Below, one piece after another: positions 1 through 13,414 of a DNA stretch of 64,000 nt. Position numbers and translations under genes: made by a program. The notes under the pieces are model-generated. The model was not told where the DNA came from and searched no databases. It worked only from the letters and a program-made list of their open reading frames with translations. This DNA comes from Atractiella rhizophila (Eukaryota): positions 62,001-126,000 of the forward strand of contig MU271212.1 of assembly GCA_021432655.1 (NCBI GenBank), read 5' to 3'. The stretch's first letter is position 1, and every line of letters starts with the position of its first letter.

Positions 1-513
1 CTGACGATTTGCGAGCCCAGCAGGTGGCGGCGATAATGACAGGGATGAGAGCCGACGGGTTTAAGGCGAGGGATATAACGGATAACGAGATGGCGAAGAG
101 CCACGCAAGGTTTCTTATTGGAGGTAGTGGTCCAAAGGGAGGAATGCCGGAACGCATCTTCAGCTTCTCGTTCCCTGAGCGACCGGGAAGTTTGGAGGCT
201 TTCTTGGAAGGATTGAGATTTGGGTGGAACATCAGTCTGTTCCATTATAGGAATCATGGTGGCGGTTCGTTTCCTTCCATCTGTCTCTCTGGAACCAGTC
301 GAAACTGATTGATTACTGGAAGACATGGGAAAGGTGCTTGCTGGTATTCAAGTGCCACGAGAAGAGAATGGGTTACTAGACGAGTATTTATTGAAACTCA
401 ACTATCCATTTGTAGAAGAGACCGATAATCCGGTATACAAAGAATTTTTGGGCGATACAGAATGGGAGTCGTTGACCGATGGTGATGGAGACGCAAAAGC
501 AAATGGGGTATAA
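1..513 (+). CDS. ILV1: Threonine dehydratase (biosynthetic), C-terminal regulatory ACT-like domain; 5' part outside window
   Basis: Motifs DNEMAKSHARFLIGG, FSFPERPGSLEAFL, WNISLFHYRNHGG, then intron 265-322 (GTTCGT..AG), then DMGKVLAGIQVP..YPFVEETDNPVY; stop TAA at 511-513. Confidence 0.93.
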
Positions 514-632
514 TGGGGTATAAACAGCAGTTCCAATTTGTTTGTTTGTTTGTTCTAGAATACGTGCCTTGTACACCACCAGTAATTACCATTGCTTTAT
601 AGCCTCCTACATCTCTCCCGTCGCATTCGCGC

Positions 633-2123
633 TCACTTCAACTCCTTAGGGTACCCTTCTGCATTCAACAATCCAGCGCTAGCTGAAAGGACTCGCGGTC
701 CCGTTCCGACCTTTGTCTTGATAACTCTGCTGACAGCATTTTTCTCCTGCACTGGCACAACCTGTTCGAATCCCTCCAGCAAGGTGCCAGCGCCTCGTCC
801 CTCACCAGGGAAGAACTTCTCGACGGCGGCGAAGACCGTATCGACGTCCTTCTCAAGCGTATAAAGCACCGCGTTTGGACCAGCGTCGAAAGTATAAGCG
901 GCAACTGATCGTCCTGCGACGCGATTCAGCTCGTGTACCACCTTGATGATGGCTCTCGAAACGTCGTTCATGTAGAAAATAGGAGGCCAAGTATCGAGAC
1001 AGACGGCGTGGAAATCGTTCGAATCTCTCATCGTCACCTCTGCAAACGTCTCGAAATCTCTCTCCTTTATCGCCCGCTTCATGATCTCCATTCGCTCGGG
1101 AACAACCTTCTCAATCCGATGTTGAATCAGAGGAGACGTTTCAACTGTCTTCTGCATCCCCACGGTGGATCCGACGCCTTTCTTGGCGTCCGAGACGACG
1201 AGGATGAGGGCACGCATTTCCGGCCAATATTCCTCATTTGCAACCTGAACAGCGATGGAATCCTCTCCATCTTCCCGCGCACCCATTTCCCATGCAACGT
1301 AACCTCCAAAGACAGAGCGGCAGGCAGAGCCTGATCCGAGACGCGCTATGCGAGAGAGGGAGGAGAGAGAAAAGTTGGAAGTTGGTGGGGCGACAGAATT
1401 GGGATCAGGAGTTAGCTCGTAGAGGACGGAGATGGTGTATGAGAGTGCAGCGAAGCCGGAGGCGGATGAAGCAAGGCCAGCGGCTGTCGGGAAGTTGTTC
1501 TTCGAGCAGATATGAAGCGTTAGGTCGCTTAATTTCTACGAGACATCGATATCGATCAGTAATTATCACAGTTAACACGAGATATTGGGTGGACAGAGGG
1601 TCTGAACTGTGCAGCTCGTGGACCATTGCAGAATCTTGTAGGGCTCCTCAGCTGCCGGTAATGCATCCTTGCCATACCCAGTCTTTGAGATCAAGAACAA
1701 GCGATGTAAATTTAAGGAACCGCAGGGTGTTAAAACGACAAGAAAGCACCCCAAACCAGATCTACACGCTCAACAGCAACGAAACTCACTTCGAGATCTT
1801 TGTTCGCATCTTCTAACTTCTTTCTCTCCTCCCTTAACCACTCCAAGCACTTTCTCGTTCTGCCAGTGATTCCTTCTTCAGCCCCATTTAACCACAACTT
1901 ATCCCCTCCGTCCCACTTCCCAACCCTAGCTGTAGTCGTGGACGCCAGATCATCGACCGATAAAGTGACGGATAAGGAAGAGTTGGTGGGCAAATTCAAG
2001 GGCAACGAGCGCTTTCCCCAGTACTTGATCACGGCAATGTTTACCTGCACAGATCGTCAGATCGCGTTGTAATCGCTGCCAGCAACGCACAGGAGCACAG
2101 CATGTCACTTCTTTTGTCGCCAT
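633..2123 (-). CDS. MVD1: Diphosphomevalonate decarboxylase (Erg19/Mvd1), spliced
   Basis: Motifs [100 protein letters not shown] at 2123; short first intron and a 254-nt intron at 1536-1789. Confidence 0.96.
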
Positions 2124-2570
2124 TTTGTTCCTCACAGAGACCTTTCTTCTGTGTGCAATTAGCAATCGTCGAGGTAGAACTTAGCAAGAGCTAGATCAAC
2201 GAAGCCAGAAGAGTGATCAAAAATGCCGACAAATAAGTTTACAGTTTGCATTATGAGGCTTTGTTTGCCTCTCAGAAATTCAAGAAACAGAACAGAACAG
2301 GACGGGCTCGCCAGAGGGCAAGGACTGTGCGAACTAGTGCGAAGCCTGAGCTGAGGTGAAGCAGGGGATGTGAGCTATACGGTAAAGGGTAAAGGATCGT
2401 GGAAGATCCCGGAGCGAAGTGCACAAGTACTGTCTGGAAAACACAATGCTGAATTTCAATAAGCTGCCTTGTTCTGGTTCTACATCTTTAATTTGCCTCC
2501 CATCTGGGGGTTGTAAGCTTGGTTCAAGTTGCAGTTAAAAATCTTTAAGCTACAGTTACTAGCATCACCT

Positions 2571-5221
2571 TTATGACCTCCTAAAGAATGTTTGCCCCCT
2601 CTAGCGCCATGACAGCAAAGAGTCCTTCTGAAAGGTCAGTGGGAGATTGAACTGGAGAAACACGACTTGCCTCCTTGGACTGGACGAGCCCTGAAGTCGC
2701 TGTAGTGACCGGTATCGACTGCTTATATTTGAGCCAACGACGAATGGAGGAAACATGCTACGCACCAACATAACGATCACTGAAAGGCTCGTTGTTGAAT
2801 GCAAGGTCGAAAGTAGCGTAATCATGCACATCGTCAATGAACATGTCACGCGTAGTTGCGCTACTGGTGGCGGCAGCCCAGATCTAAATATTATGTGAGG
2901 TCAATTGCCGTAGAGACGAAATAACGCACCATCCAATCCGTCTTTCCTAAGGTGATGAGACTGAGAAGTGATCTGAATCAGCATTTATCTCCTGAAATGG
3001 AAGAGCCACACCTGGTAAGCTGCACTCCATGAGCACTCCTATGTTGGGGATACCATGCGCTCATCATGTCGAGAGATGCTTGGGGAAAGAGATTTAGTCC
3101 GTTCAACACCTGAGGGAAGAGATTGAAGTGCGTTGCCCAACTTGCCGCCATGTTTGTTCCGTTGTTATATACAACAGTAAAGTGCGTCTTCGCCTCATCG
3201 GTTCCCAATCCTTGATTATACAAGATGTCGACGAGTTGAGTAGCGTAGTCGCTGTAAGTCGGCTGATTTGTCAAGGCTCCATACCCTGCAAGCGCGACAG
3301 CAGATTTGATTGTTAACCCAGTTTGATTCGTCAGGACACCAGCAAAATCATCTGTAAATCCGTTTAAATCGGTAGCACTATGACGGGAATAGTCTTACCT
3401 GTCGAAAGCTGCTCGGCTTGGCTCAAGCTATTTGCTACCAGATAATCTGCGTAGCCTTTGAAGAGATTTGAGTAGCTCTCAGCCCAGGAAGTGTTGCCCG
3501 TAGCGTGAGTGTACGTGCTACAATTGCAAGTCAAGATTATGTAGAGGGAGACTAAGGGATGGAACTTACTAGACGCCGATGAAAAGGTCTCCAGTGCTTT
3601 CAAGGGGCATAAATTCAGCATTTCCGTCATCATGGCCCGTCGCGTTCGGGTAGTTAGCGCCAATGTCGTGGACTGCATACGGCTTTGGCCACCTCCCTAT
3701 ATTAGGTGGTTTAGGATTCAACAAAGGCTAGAAGATGCCATGCTTACCGCTGTTGAGGTAGCGAGCAACGGGTTCTAGAAGATATCGGATGTATTCTGCA
3801 TTTATAACGTAGAATAAAGGCAGGGCAGGATAACTAATACGGCGTGAGATTCTGAAGAGATTGAAAGAACTGCCTTACATCACGTCAGCGGTATTGACAT
3901 TTCCATCACTGCTGATTTCTTTCATGAACACCCTGCGATAAGTAATATCAGCAGTGCTTCAAGATCTGGAAAACGGAGAGAGACACACAAAGGATCCGAC
4001 GTGTCCAAAGTTGCCAGAGGAATCGTTACATCGAGGGCACCAAAGGTTTGCCTGACGGCGAGGGAAGTAATATCGACGTAGTTCTGACTGATCTTTCCAG
4101 CATGCTGCTCAACTGCAGCGTCAAGCGCGATTCCTTCTTCCAAAGCAGAAGCATAGTCATCCAGGAAATGAACGACGGCGCTACTAGCGTCTGGATATGT
4201 GGCTCTGTAAAAACCTGTGCGCTGGGATTCGAAGAAATTAACCGCTTCAACGCGATGATGTCCCACAGCGAAAGTCACGGCGCTGGCTGCAGAAATAGTT
4301 CCTAAATCGTGAGCGAAACCGTTAACGCTTCCTTCCGCCCAGGCTGGTTGTTCGCCACTGAAGGGAGGAATTACTTAGCACTAGCATGTAACTCAAGTAG
4401 AACGTCACCTAAGGGCTCCAGAGGCTACGAAAGCAGAGCGGACTATAGAGAGAGGACCAGATTGGCTGGTGAGCTTTGATGAGGCGGAAGGACGAGTGGA
4501 GTAGACAGTGGTTCCCCAAAGAGCCATTTCGTTGTTCTGAGTCCAAAGAGCGGGATTGGTGAGCTCCAGTTGGTAGATTGCAGTCGCGTCCACTGTCGAG
4601 AACGCGTTGACAGTCGAAGTCGTCTGTCCGGTCCAACTCGCATCAATATCTATTATTACCTTCAGCTGACTTGTCACAAAAATGCAAGAAATCTACCAGA
4701 GTAAATTTGAACCGAAGAGCTGCTTCCAGCGGCCGGAGTAGCCGTCACCGTAAGATAGGAGAATGGGAGACTTCCACGCAAAAGATCCTTTGCTGCAACA
4801 GGAGAGAAGAAGAGGAGTTCGAAAGTTGCGCCTCCGGCTTGTACATTGAAGATGGTTCTGGTCGATGTATAGCTCCCTCCGACGACGGTAGCAGCTTTGG
4901 TATTCTCTTCAGCAGCTGGCACGCCAAATAGGTTGTAGGCTACTCCGTCGACACGGGCAATGACCGACCAGGTTAAGTCTTGACCTCGCCAGAACTGAGG
5001 ATTCGTAGATGGGAAGGATGCTGCTTGAGAACCAGGTAACCAAGCTGTATAATATGTTATTCCTTAGTGATAAAGTCTAAGTAAACATACTCACCTGAGA
5101 CATACGGAGTTCTCACTGCAAGTGGGAACGAGTGTGGAGTGATTGGTGTAAATGTCTGAGCCGATGCAACTGCAAGCAGAGATGTGATGGTTGGGATGAC
5201 AGACGAGAGCCAACCTTTCAT
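2571..5221 (-). CDS. gtaA: Secreted glutaminase GtaA-like protein (DUF5127/DUF4965/DUF1793 architecture), multi-exon
   Basis: Signal peptide MKGWLSSVIPTITSLLAVASAQ followed by FPLAVRTPY; motifs SLPFSYL, FAVGHHR, YVDITSLAVRQTFGALD, LFKGYADYLV; C-terminal FRARPVQGGLFAVMAL and stop at 2571. Confidence 0.85.
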
Positions 5222-6698
5222 GGTGGTAGACAAAGGTAGGAAGAAATGGGAAACTTCCAAGCGAATGAAGTAAAGATTGTCTCAATAGCGAGAGTCCCGA
5301 CAATTCCAACAAGGCTTCGACTTCGTGGACTGCGAGTTAAAGGAAGGGAATCCTCTTTCCTTCCCCTTCTTATGTAGGTCCCAAAGAACTAAAGTTCTTG
5401 TGTCCTGTCATCCTCCCATGACGGGAAAGCCCCAGAGTCCAGACGACTATTGGCTCAAGGAGTACCATTACCCCGCAAACCACACGCGCCAGTCCTGGTT
5501 CCTCTCCTGATTTCCTACTCCCCTTTCGAGGTCAACGTTGGTGACACTATTGTTGGATCTACCGGGATCGTCTAGGATCATTGGCAACCTGCACTTCATT
5601 TTGGCGGCGGTTTAGTGAACCTTGCTCCATGCTACATGAGGACAATGAAATGTCAGACCATCACTAGAAATTACTTAAGATTCGCAGGTACCTCTTGGTA
5701 CACCATGTAATTCGGAAATGTTGCACAGTAGATTCAGCACTGTGGTCCCCGCCGCTTGGGTTGCCTAAGCACCAGGACTGGGACGCTGGCTTCACCTCAA
5801 TTCGGCGAGCAAACCTCAGGAAAGGGAAAGCATTTTCTAACGTAGGGAACGCTCTCGCCTTAACAGCGCTACATCAGCCCAGTAACTAGCATGTGTCTTG
5901 GTGGAATAGGACATCATCTAGTGCGACCACCTGGCGCTGGCTTCCTTATGGCCCCCATTAATGGTGCCATCGCACTTCCAGGGATCGGCTAAGATCTAGC
6001 TACACAACACATGGTGCTTCAATTTGGCGGAGACCTGATGGCTACTCAAAGTTAACAAAGACTAACTCACAAGTTTCATCCAGGTTGGCTTCAGCTTCCG
6101 AGAGCGGTGACTGTAGTAAGGATCGAGACACTTTCATGTGTACTCCCTTCAAAGAGTGTGACTACGGTTGCCACAGGTAGGGACGGGGAGCATGAGAAGA
6201 TAACTTGCAAAGAGAAAAGTGAAGGTAGCGAATGAAGAGAGGGAGACAACATTTCTCCAGACAGGATGAATGCCTACCGAATCGCAGGTCACACACGCGC
6301 GCTCCTCCTCGCTCCATGTAAACAAGGCAGAAAGAACCAGTGCTGAATCCATGAGTCAAAAAGGTGACTCTTTGTTGAAAGCGCAGCAAACACGTGACGC
6401 GAGAGACTTTGTTTACCACCGTGTTTTATCAATTATTGGACATAGCTGCCAAATGGGATGGTAAAGGGTTCCACACGAAGGTTGTTTACGTGTGATCCGC
6501 TTCAAGTTGGCAAACGCTCTGAGGAGCAATGTCGGCTGTCAACTTGACACAAGCACAGGTCATGCGACAGTGGCAAGGGGACGTCAATTACACGAGATGG
6601 CCACACTGGGGTGAACGTAAACAAGACAGCAACAATTTAACCAAAATAAAAGTGAAACAAATCTCCACCATGTCACCGCAACATCGCACCGTTCAAAA

Positions 6699-8373
6699 CT
6701 AAGAATCCATTGACTCTACGGATTGAGCATTCTTCTCGGATAGACCCAAGCGTGACGAAGGAGATGAGATATTCTGAAGTTGCACCGGCTGCTCAACGAG
6801 GTCCTCCTGTCCTGTTGACGTTCCTGATGTAACCTGTACTTCTGGTCAATTTGCCATTCAGGATGCACAAACGAGACCGACCAGTATCTGGCTCTGAAAT
6901 CGACGGCTGGAACTTTCTCCAGAACTTTGCTTGTTTCTCTCACGCTCGTGGGTGGAGTAACCTGGTGTGCCGGAGAATGCTGCTTCATAGAGCACAAGCA
7001 CGGCGACGACATAAACCTAGACAGAAAACGAGAAATGAGGGGTGAGGCGTTGCAAAGGAAGCTGTTCACAATATACCTTAGCCAGAGTATTACCAAACCC
7101 CGCCCACAAGCCAGTGTGCTTTCATATTCCCTTTCAACAATGTTAACCGAAGAGGAAGCAGTGAACGCACAGATCTCGTGATAATGAGGAGGAGTTCAAT
7201 AATCTATCTCATATCTCACCTCAAATTAAGAGGGGAAGGATATGCTTACCTGACCAATGGTTGGGATGAGTCCCGTTTCAAGCGTTAGTTTTCTGTTTCA
7301 TGTTAAGTTGATGGTTCTAACAATCACTATTAGACGACGCACATGTACTGCGCACGTAAGTAGGACTGAGCATTCAACGTAGCCTAGGGGAAAGATTGAC
7401 ATACTCTGGTAGCAGTCATGCTTGTCTGCTGAAAGTTTGTTTGTCGTTTATGACGTTGGAGATGATAGACCATGCAGGCACAGAGGATGACGTCCACAGC
7501 AGAGGCGCCTATCAAACAAATCAGCAGAGTAGCCTCGCAACTGCGGCAAACTGACATGCTAGAGCTAAGATCCCGGGGAGCATCAATCCAGGGAACCATT
7601 GCGGGATCGGTTTAGTGGTAATTTTTGTAAATATTATAAATCCAACTAGCTGAGAGTGGATTAGCGCAGACGCTGCAAAAATGAACGTCTTACAGAAACA
7701 ACCATTAAACCACCAGCAACGCAAAGGCATCTTTCCTCACATTAGAGAGGGCTGCTACCCCGTGAAAAAACTCACGAATACGTGATGACTTTGGCATGTC
7801 GTTGGAGCGAATTGAACTTTGACATGCCCCTAAGAGCAATTATCAATCATCAAGGAACATCCGAAACGAAAGGCGAACTGGGTCAGTCGGACAATCCGGT
7901 ATATATAGATCGACTGGACGTAGAGCGTAACAATTCCTTGAAAAATTGCCACGGGGACTGTGTGTTGATGTTACAGACCGTAAGTGATTTGATCAGAACA
8001 AAAAGACTTACCAGTGGCGGAAGCCGCATGTCCCAACAAGAAGACAGGGCCTGTCCGAGTTGTGTCCATGTTCTGAATGAACAAAATGTATTTGTTTACA
8101 CTATAAATTTCCACGATGTCAATACAGGTCTAGTGGAGAGAGGAAGCCGAACGTGTCTCCTATATTAAGCCAGAAAAAGCTCATCAAGATCCACCAGGAT
8201 GTTGAATACTTTATTCCTCGTGCCTCCATGAGCCTGAAAATTGCCAGAAACTGGTGCAATGTTACACCAAACAGAATGAAGCTGAAACTATCCCCAATCA
8301 TGATCGGCCATATGTGAGTGCGATAGAGATCCTTCGTCCACGGCACGAAATGTTCGACGGGCTCGCTGCTCAT
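6699..8373 (-). CDS. Multi-pass membrane protein, DUF6534-like (basidiomycete-expanded family), paralog 1
   Basis: Hydrophobic exons: IWPIMIGDSFSFILFGVTLHQF, AVDVILCACMVYHLQRHK..TNF, KLTLETGLIPTIGQ, VYVVAVLVLY; GT-AG introns; 3' end inferred by splicing. Confidence 0.7.
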
Positions 8374-10142
8374 TTTGCGAAAGAAGGAGGGGGATTCAAC
8401 CAGTGATCACAGCGAGAGAAGTCTTTCTGTTTTAAAGCAGGCTAGGTCTAAAGAAGGCAGGAAAGAAGGTGTTTCTCAGCTTTGCAGTACATCCGACTCC
8501 CGATCGTTTCAGCGCCCAAACAAACATAAGAGTGGGAGGAGTCCTCCTGGCCAGTTTCAACCTCAATAAGCGAGATTCCCCACAGTTCACAATAGGTAAC
8601 CGATGCTTAAGCGAGGGATTCCAAAAACCTCTGATCAGTCAGTACCATTATCCACCAACTCTCGGGTCTGAGCGCGCAGATCGAGGTGACCACCGCCAGC
8701 GGTGAATTATCAATTTGGTCTGACAACATCGTAAGACTCCAACATGTGCGTATGGAGAACCTCAACGCGTTGGGACCGAACGTTGAACTTTGAAGGTTTG
8801 AACACTGAGAGCGAGCTCAATGGACAGAAGTTTTGCTTGACGACGAGGTTCTAAAATAGCCTGGAAGACTTGAGAACAGACAGGAACCAGCGAATGGTGC
8901 AGTTATCGCTCCCCTGACCACACCCACAGGCGTCTCTCAACTACAGCAACCGAAATCCCCGCCTTCCCGATATCCATGGCAAGAAATCAACAATGATCGA
9001 CGATCTGTCAAAGATTCACACCGAGTCTATTGCAGACCAACCGTTCTTTCAGACAACAATATGGACTGGGTGAAGAACCTGGGAAAATGGGCATTGTCTC
9101 CGCAGAGTCCGCCTGCACATGCTGCATCCTTTCTCATTCAGTCGCTCAGGAGTTTTCACCCCGCAAACACTCCAGTCACCCTACGTCTCTCAGAGAGTAA
9201 CGAACCCATTGTATGGTCCATCTTCAGCTACTTCGCAACAATGCAACCGCAGCTATCCGCCTTCATAGCATTAACCGTGTTGGGAATGTTTTGGTATGGA
9301 GAGAAACACTCAGGAATGAATGCTGCTTGGGTTTTACGCGTCTGGCGACCATGCGCGCTCTGCTTCAGCTTCACTGTGTGCGAAACTTCCATGGGCGAGT
9401 TTAGTCGGGAGGAATTTAGGTTAACAATATTGCTTGCTTGACGAGTGTCCAGCTCTCTTGTGATGCAAAAGGAGGAAATAATTTCCATGAGTTTCATGAC
9501 GAAAGATGAAGGAGCCAGGCTCCCTGCTCTACAAGGAACGAGGCTGTCTTCGATTCAGGGGCCAGCGCGAGGATAAGTCGATCGCAAAACGATGGTAGAT
9601 ACAAACTTAAGCGCAAAAAAAAACTGGATAGACCAGCACCCAGCAAAGATTGTAGGATGGAAAGGGAGACCGCACAACGATCGAGGGGATTTGGATGTGG
9701 AAACAGCACCCACCTAGGGAGCGGGTTAACGGTTGCGTCCTGTTGGACGCGAAGGCGAGCGGAAACTGACAAAGCCTTGCAGCTTAGACGACCATCGGAA
9801 ATACCCTGCCTCAAACATTTTAGGCCTTATATCACCCTGTTCTATCGTTCTATCCAACCTGGTCAATTGACCTGATCCAACTAACCGTTCAAGGTATTGT
9901 AACAAAAGGTACAACATTCCAAGCGAAGGTTTCGCTCGACAATCGCTCTCAAGAGCGATATAGTCTCTGAAATATACAATGAAAACCTTAAACAAAATGG
10001 CACTAAAGGCCGGGGGCGTTGAATCACAACAGATGGGGCAAGGATGTGGAAACAAGGGACAAGGGACAAGGGCAAAGGAAGCAAAAACTAAAAGCAAATC
10101 AGCTCCACCATCCGCATCAACATAAATTCCGACTGGTAAAAT

Positions 10143-11837
10143 TCATGAGTCCCTTGACTCTTGAGAATGGTCATTCTTCTGTGATAGGCTGGAGGGACGT
10201 GGGATATTATGAAGTTGTACAGGCTGTTCGACGACCTCTTCCTGTCGCGTTGAAGATTCCGTGACCTGTGCTTAGGTTAATTGCCTTTTAAAGGATAGTG
10301 ACAACAATGGATTCCTACCAAGATCTGGTTATGAAATCTACGGCTAGAAATCTCTCCGGACCCCTGCTTGTTCTTCTCACGCTGGTAGCTGTGGCTTGAA
10401 TAACCCGGTCCGCCAGAGAGTGCTGCTTCATAGAGGACAAGCACCGCGACGACATAAACCTAGACAGAAAGACGAGAAAGGAAGATGAGAGGATGCGATT
10501 AAAGACCTCACGAACGCACCTTCGCAAGTGTGTAACCAAAGCCTGCCCACAAACCAGTGTGCTGTCATATTTCGCTGGTCAACGATCTTAACAGAACTGG
10601 TGTAATGGACGCACAGATTTTACGATGATGAGGACCAGTTCGGTAATCTAATACACCATATCAGGTTCAAAGTCAAGGTGAGAAAATATGCGTACCTGTC
10701 CGATGGTTGGGATGAGTCCAGTTTCAAGCGTTAGTTTTCTTGGTAGCAATGTTAAGTTGATGCTCTCCTCCGATCAGCCAACGACTTACATGTACTATGC
10801 ACGCAAGCAGAACTCAGAATTCAATGTAGAGCGGCGCGAGATTGACTTACTCTAGTAGCGGTCATGCTAGTCTGCTGAAAGTCTGTTTGTCCTTTATGCT
10901 GGCGGAGATGATAGACCATGCAAGCACAGAGGATAACGTCCACGGCAGATGCACCTAGTAGCCAAATCAGCAGGCAAGCCTAGCAGATAACACAACTGAC
11001 ACGCTAGAGCCAAGACGCCCGAGACCTTCAGTCCTGGGAACCATTCCGGGATTGGCTTGATGGTAATTTTTGCAAAGGTTAAGAATCCAACGAGCTGATA
11101 GTGAGGTTCAGCATGCACGCTACTATCAATGAATGCCTCACAGAAGCAACCATCAAACCACCCGCAATCCAAAGGCATCTTTTTCTCACGTTAGAACTGG
11201 AACTGTACCTGATGACAAAACTCACGAGTATGTGATGACTTTGGCACGCCGATGGAGCGAATTGAACTTAGACATGCCCCTACAAGAAACAGTAATCAAT
11301 CATAAAGCAAAACATCCAGAAGAAAAGATGAACTGGGTCAGCCGAATAATCCGGTAAATGTAGATCAGTTGGACGTAGAGGGTAACAATTCCTTGAAAGA
11401 TTGCTACGGGGACTAAACTTTGACATTAGTTCTGGCGAATACCGGCCGTTGACTGAGCTGGACGGCTTACGAGTAGCAGGGGCTGCATGTCCCACCAAGA
11501 AGACTGGACCTATTCGAGTCGCGTCCATGTTCTGAATGAACAAAATGTATTTGTTCACGCTTTCCATTTCCAGGGAGTCAATACAGGTACAAAGAAGGGA
11601 TGGGAAGCCAAACGTGTCTCCTAGGTTTATCCAGAACAAGCTCATCAAGATCCACCAAGACTTTGAGTATTTCATTCCGCGCTCATCGATGAGCCTGAAG
11701 ATTCCCAAAAACTGGTGCACCGTTACTCCAAACAGGATGAAGCTGAAGGTGCCACCGAGCATGAGCGGCCATATGTGAGTGCGATAGAGATCCTTCGTCC
11801 AGGGCACAAAGTGTTGTTGCGCGGGTTCGCTGCTCAT
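10143..11837 (-). CDS. Multi-pass membrane protein, DUF6534-like, paralog 2
   Basis: Colinear with 6699-8373, with the same start (MSSEP..HFVPWTKDLYRTHIWP), the same exon pattern and KLTLETGLIPTIGQ; stop inferred at 10143. Confidence 0.7.
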
Positions 11838-13414
11838 TTGCTACAAGAGGAAGAGAGATTCAGGAATGATCATAGACAGGAGCAGTCTTTTCTTCAGTTT
11901 TGATACTGGATTCAAGAGAGAATTGTAAAGAAGGTGTTTCCAAGCGTGCCATTGCGGTGGCTCCGTGCCGATCGTTTCAGCTCTCATTATAACTGAATGA
12001 TAAAGACTTGCAAGTGTGCGGTTTCATTCAACAACGTCTGCCCACAGTTGTGGGATTGCGATGCTTACGCGAGAGATCCCAAACCACCTCTCATCAGTCA
12101 AGGTCAGTTTTCAGGCACCAGGTTTGAGCAACTTAATGTTCAGGTGCGGATAACTTTGAAATAGCAACTTCGTCCGACTTTTGCTCCAATTCGTGTCAAC
12201 GGGGAAACTCAACTCATTCCGAATGAACACCTCAACCTGACGTTCTCATTTGGAGATCTGGACACATGTGAGGAAGACTGACAAGAGTACTCCTTGATTA
12301 CAAAGCTCTAAATACTGCAGACCTATGAATGAAAAAACAAACAAACGAGGCTTCCAATGAGCCCACCTGCATTCGCAGGACCGCGGAAGTTCACCGTCAA
12401 CACATGTGAAACTACAAAGCGAGAATTCTTTTCACACTTTGCCTCCATTACAGTAAAAGAAGACACCGTCTTGCCGATTCATGTACATTAGAGAAATCAA
12501 CCAGGATTTCATTATTCAATCTCAATCAACCGCCGTCGTTTATCTCATACATGGAGACGAAACCAAGCCATCCGACGAAAGCATAAACTGGAGCTTAGAG
12601 CTTTGGTAATGTGGAACCAGGAAACTGTACATCGACCCCGCACATACTGGCCTTTCCTCCTCATTTTGGAAGGTGGGAACTCATCACCATGACTTTCTCC
12701 GACTTTCTCCACAGTGCAAGCACCACACTTCCATTGCGGATTCTCAGCAGCGAGAACAAACGAACCCAATACTGCCCTCACCACCCGACCATCTGATTAG
12801 CCACGTATCAGCTTTATTCATAACCCAAATGCTCTTTAGGTGGACGCCAGAATGAAGCTCAGTTCACTGGTCACGTGGATAACACCATCAGCGAAGCACG
12901 TGACATGTAGACACAGGGAAATCGAAATCCTGGAAAGGAGGGGCAGCAAGGTTTGGGATTGATCGTGTTTCTGTAGGATTGTTAGAGCTTTTTAACGTTG
13001 AATGTGAAAGCTCTATTTGGCAAAGCGAGTAAACAGCCTGAGGTGAGCGGCCCTTCTCGATAGTGGAAAGTGGGATCTTTTGCTACTTTGATTCGTTGTT
13101 GATCTTTTCGTTTCTATTGGGTATTCATGAAAGAACAAAGACATGGTGTTGAAAATCAATCTTATTATCATACGGAACGCATGACTTAAGCCCTTTGCAA
13201 TTAGCGGTTCAGACAGGACAGTTGGTACGAGAGCTTTCGATACTTCTTGTTGATGAGGGTTGGTCAGCCAGTCTTTCCCACTGTTAATCGTTTCGAAGAG
13301 CTGCAAATTATTGTGTCCACATTGCAAGACGAGATATAATAGTTCCCAACAAGGCCCTTCGCGATATATACAAGGAAACAAATGCCGAGAAGCAGCTAAG
13401 ATGCAAAGCATCAA

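Noticed and set aside
1536..1789. TPP riboswitch (GGGGTGC, CTGAG and CTTGATC words present)
   Set aside because: The motifs are in the wrong order and spacing, and the host gene is unrelated to thiamine.
9061..9441. 126-aa ORF between the membrane paralogs
   Set aside because: No recognisable motif or convincing exon structure; it may be an orphan or relic but cannot be supported.
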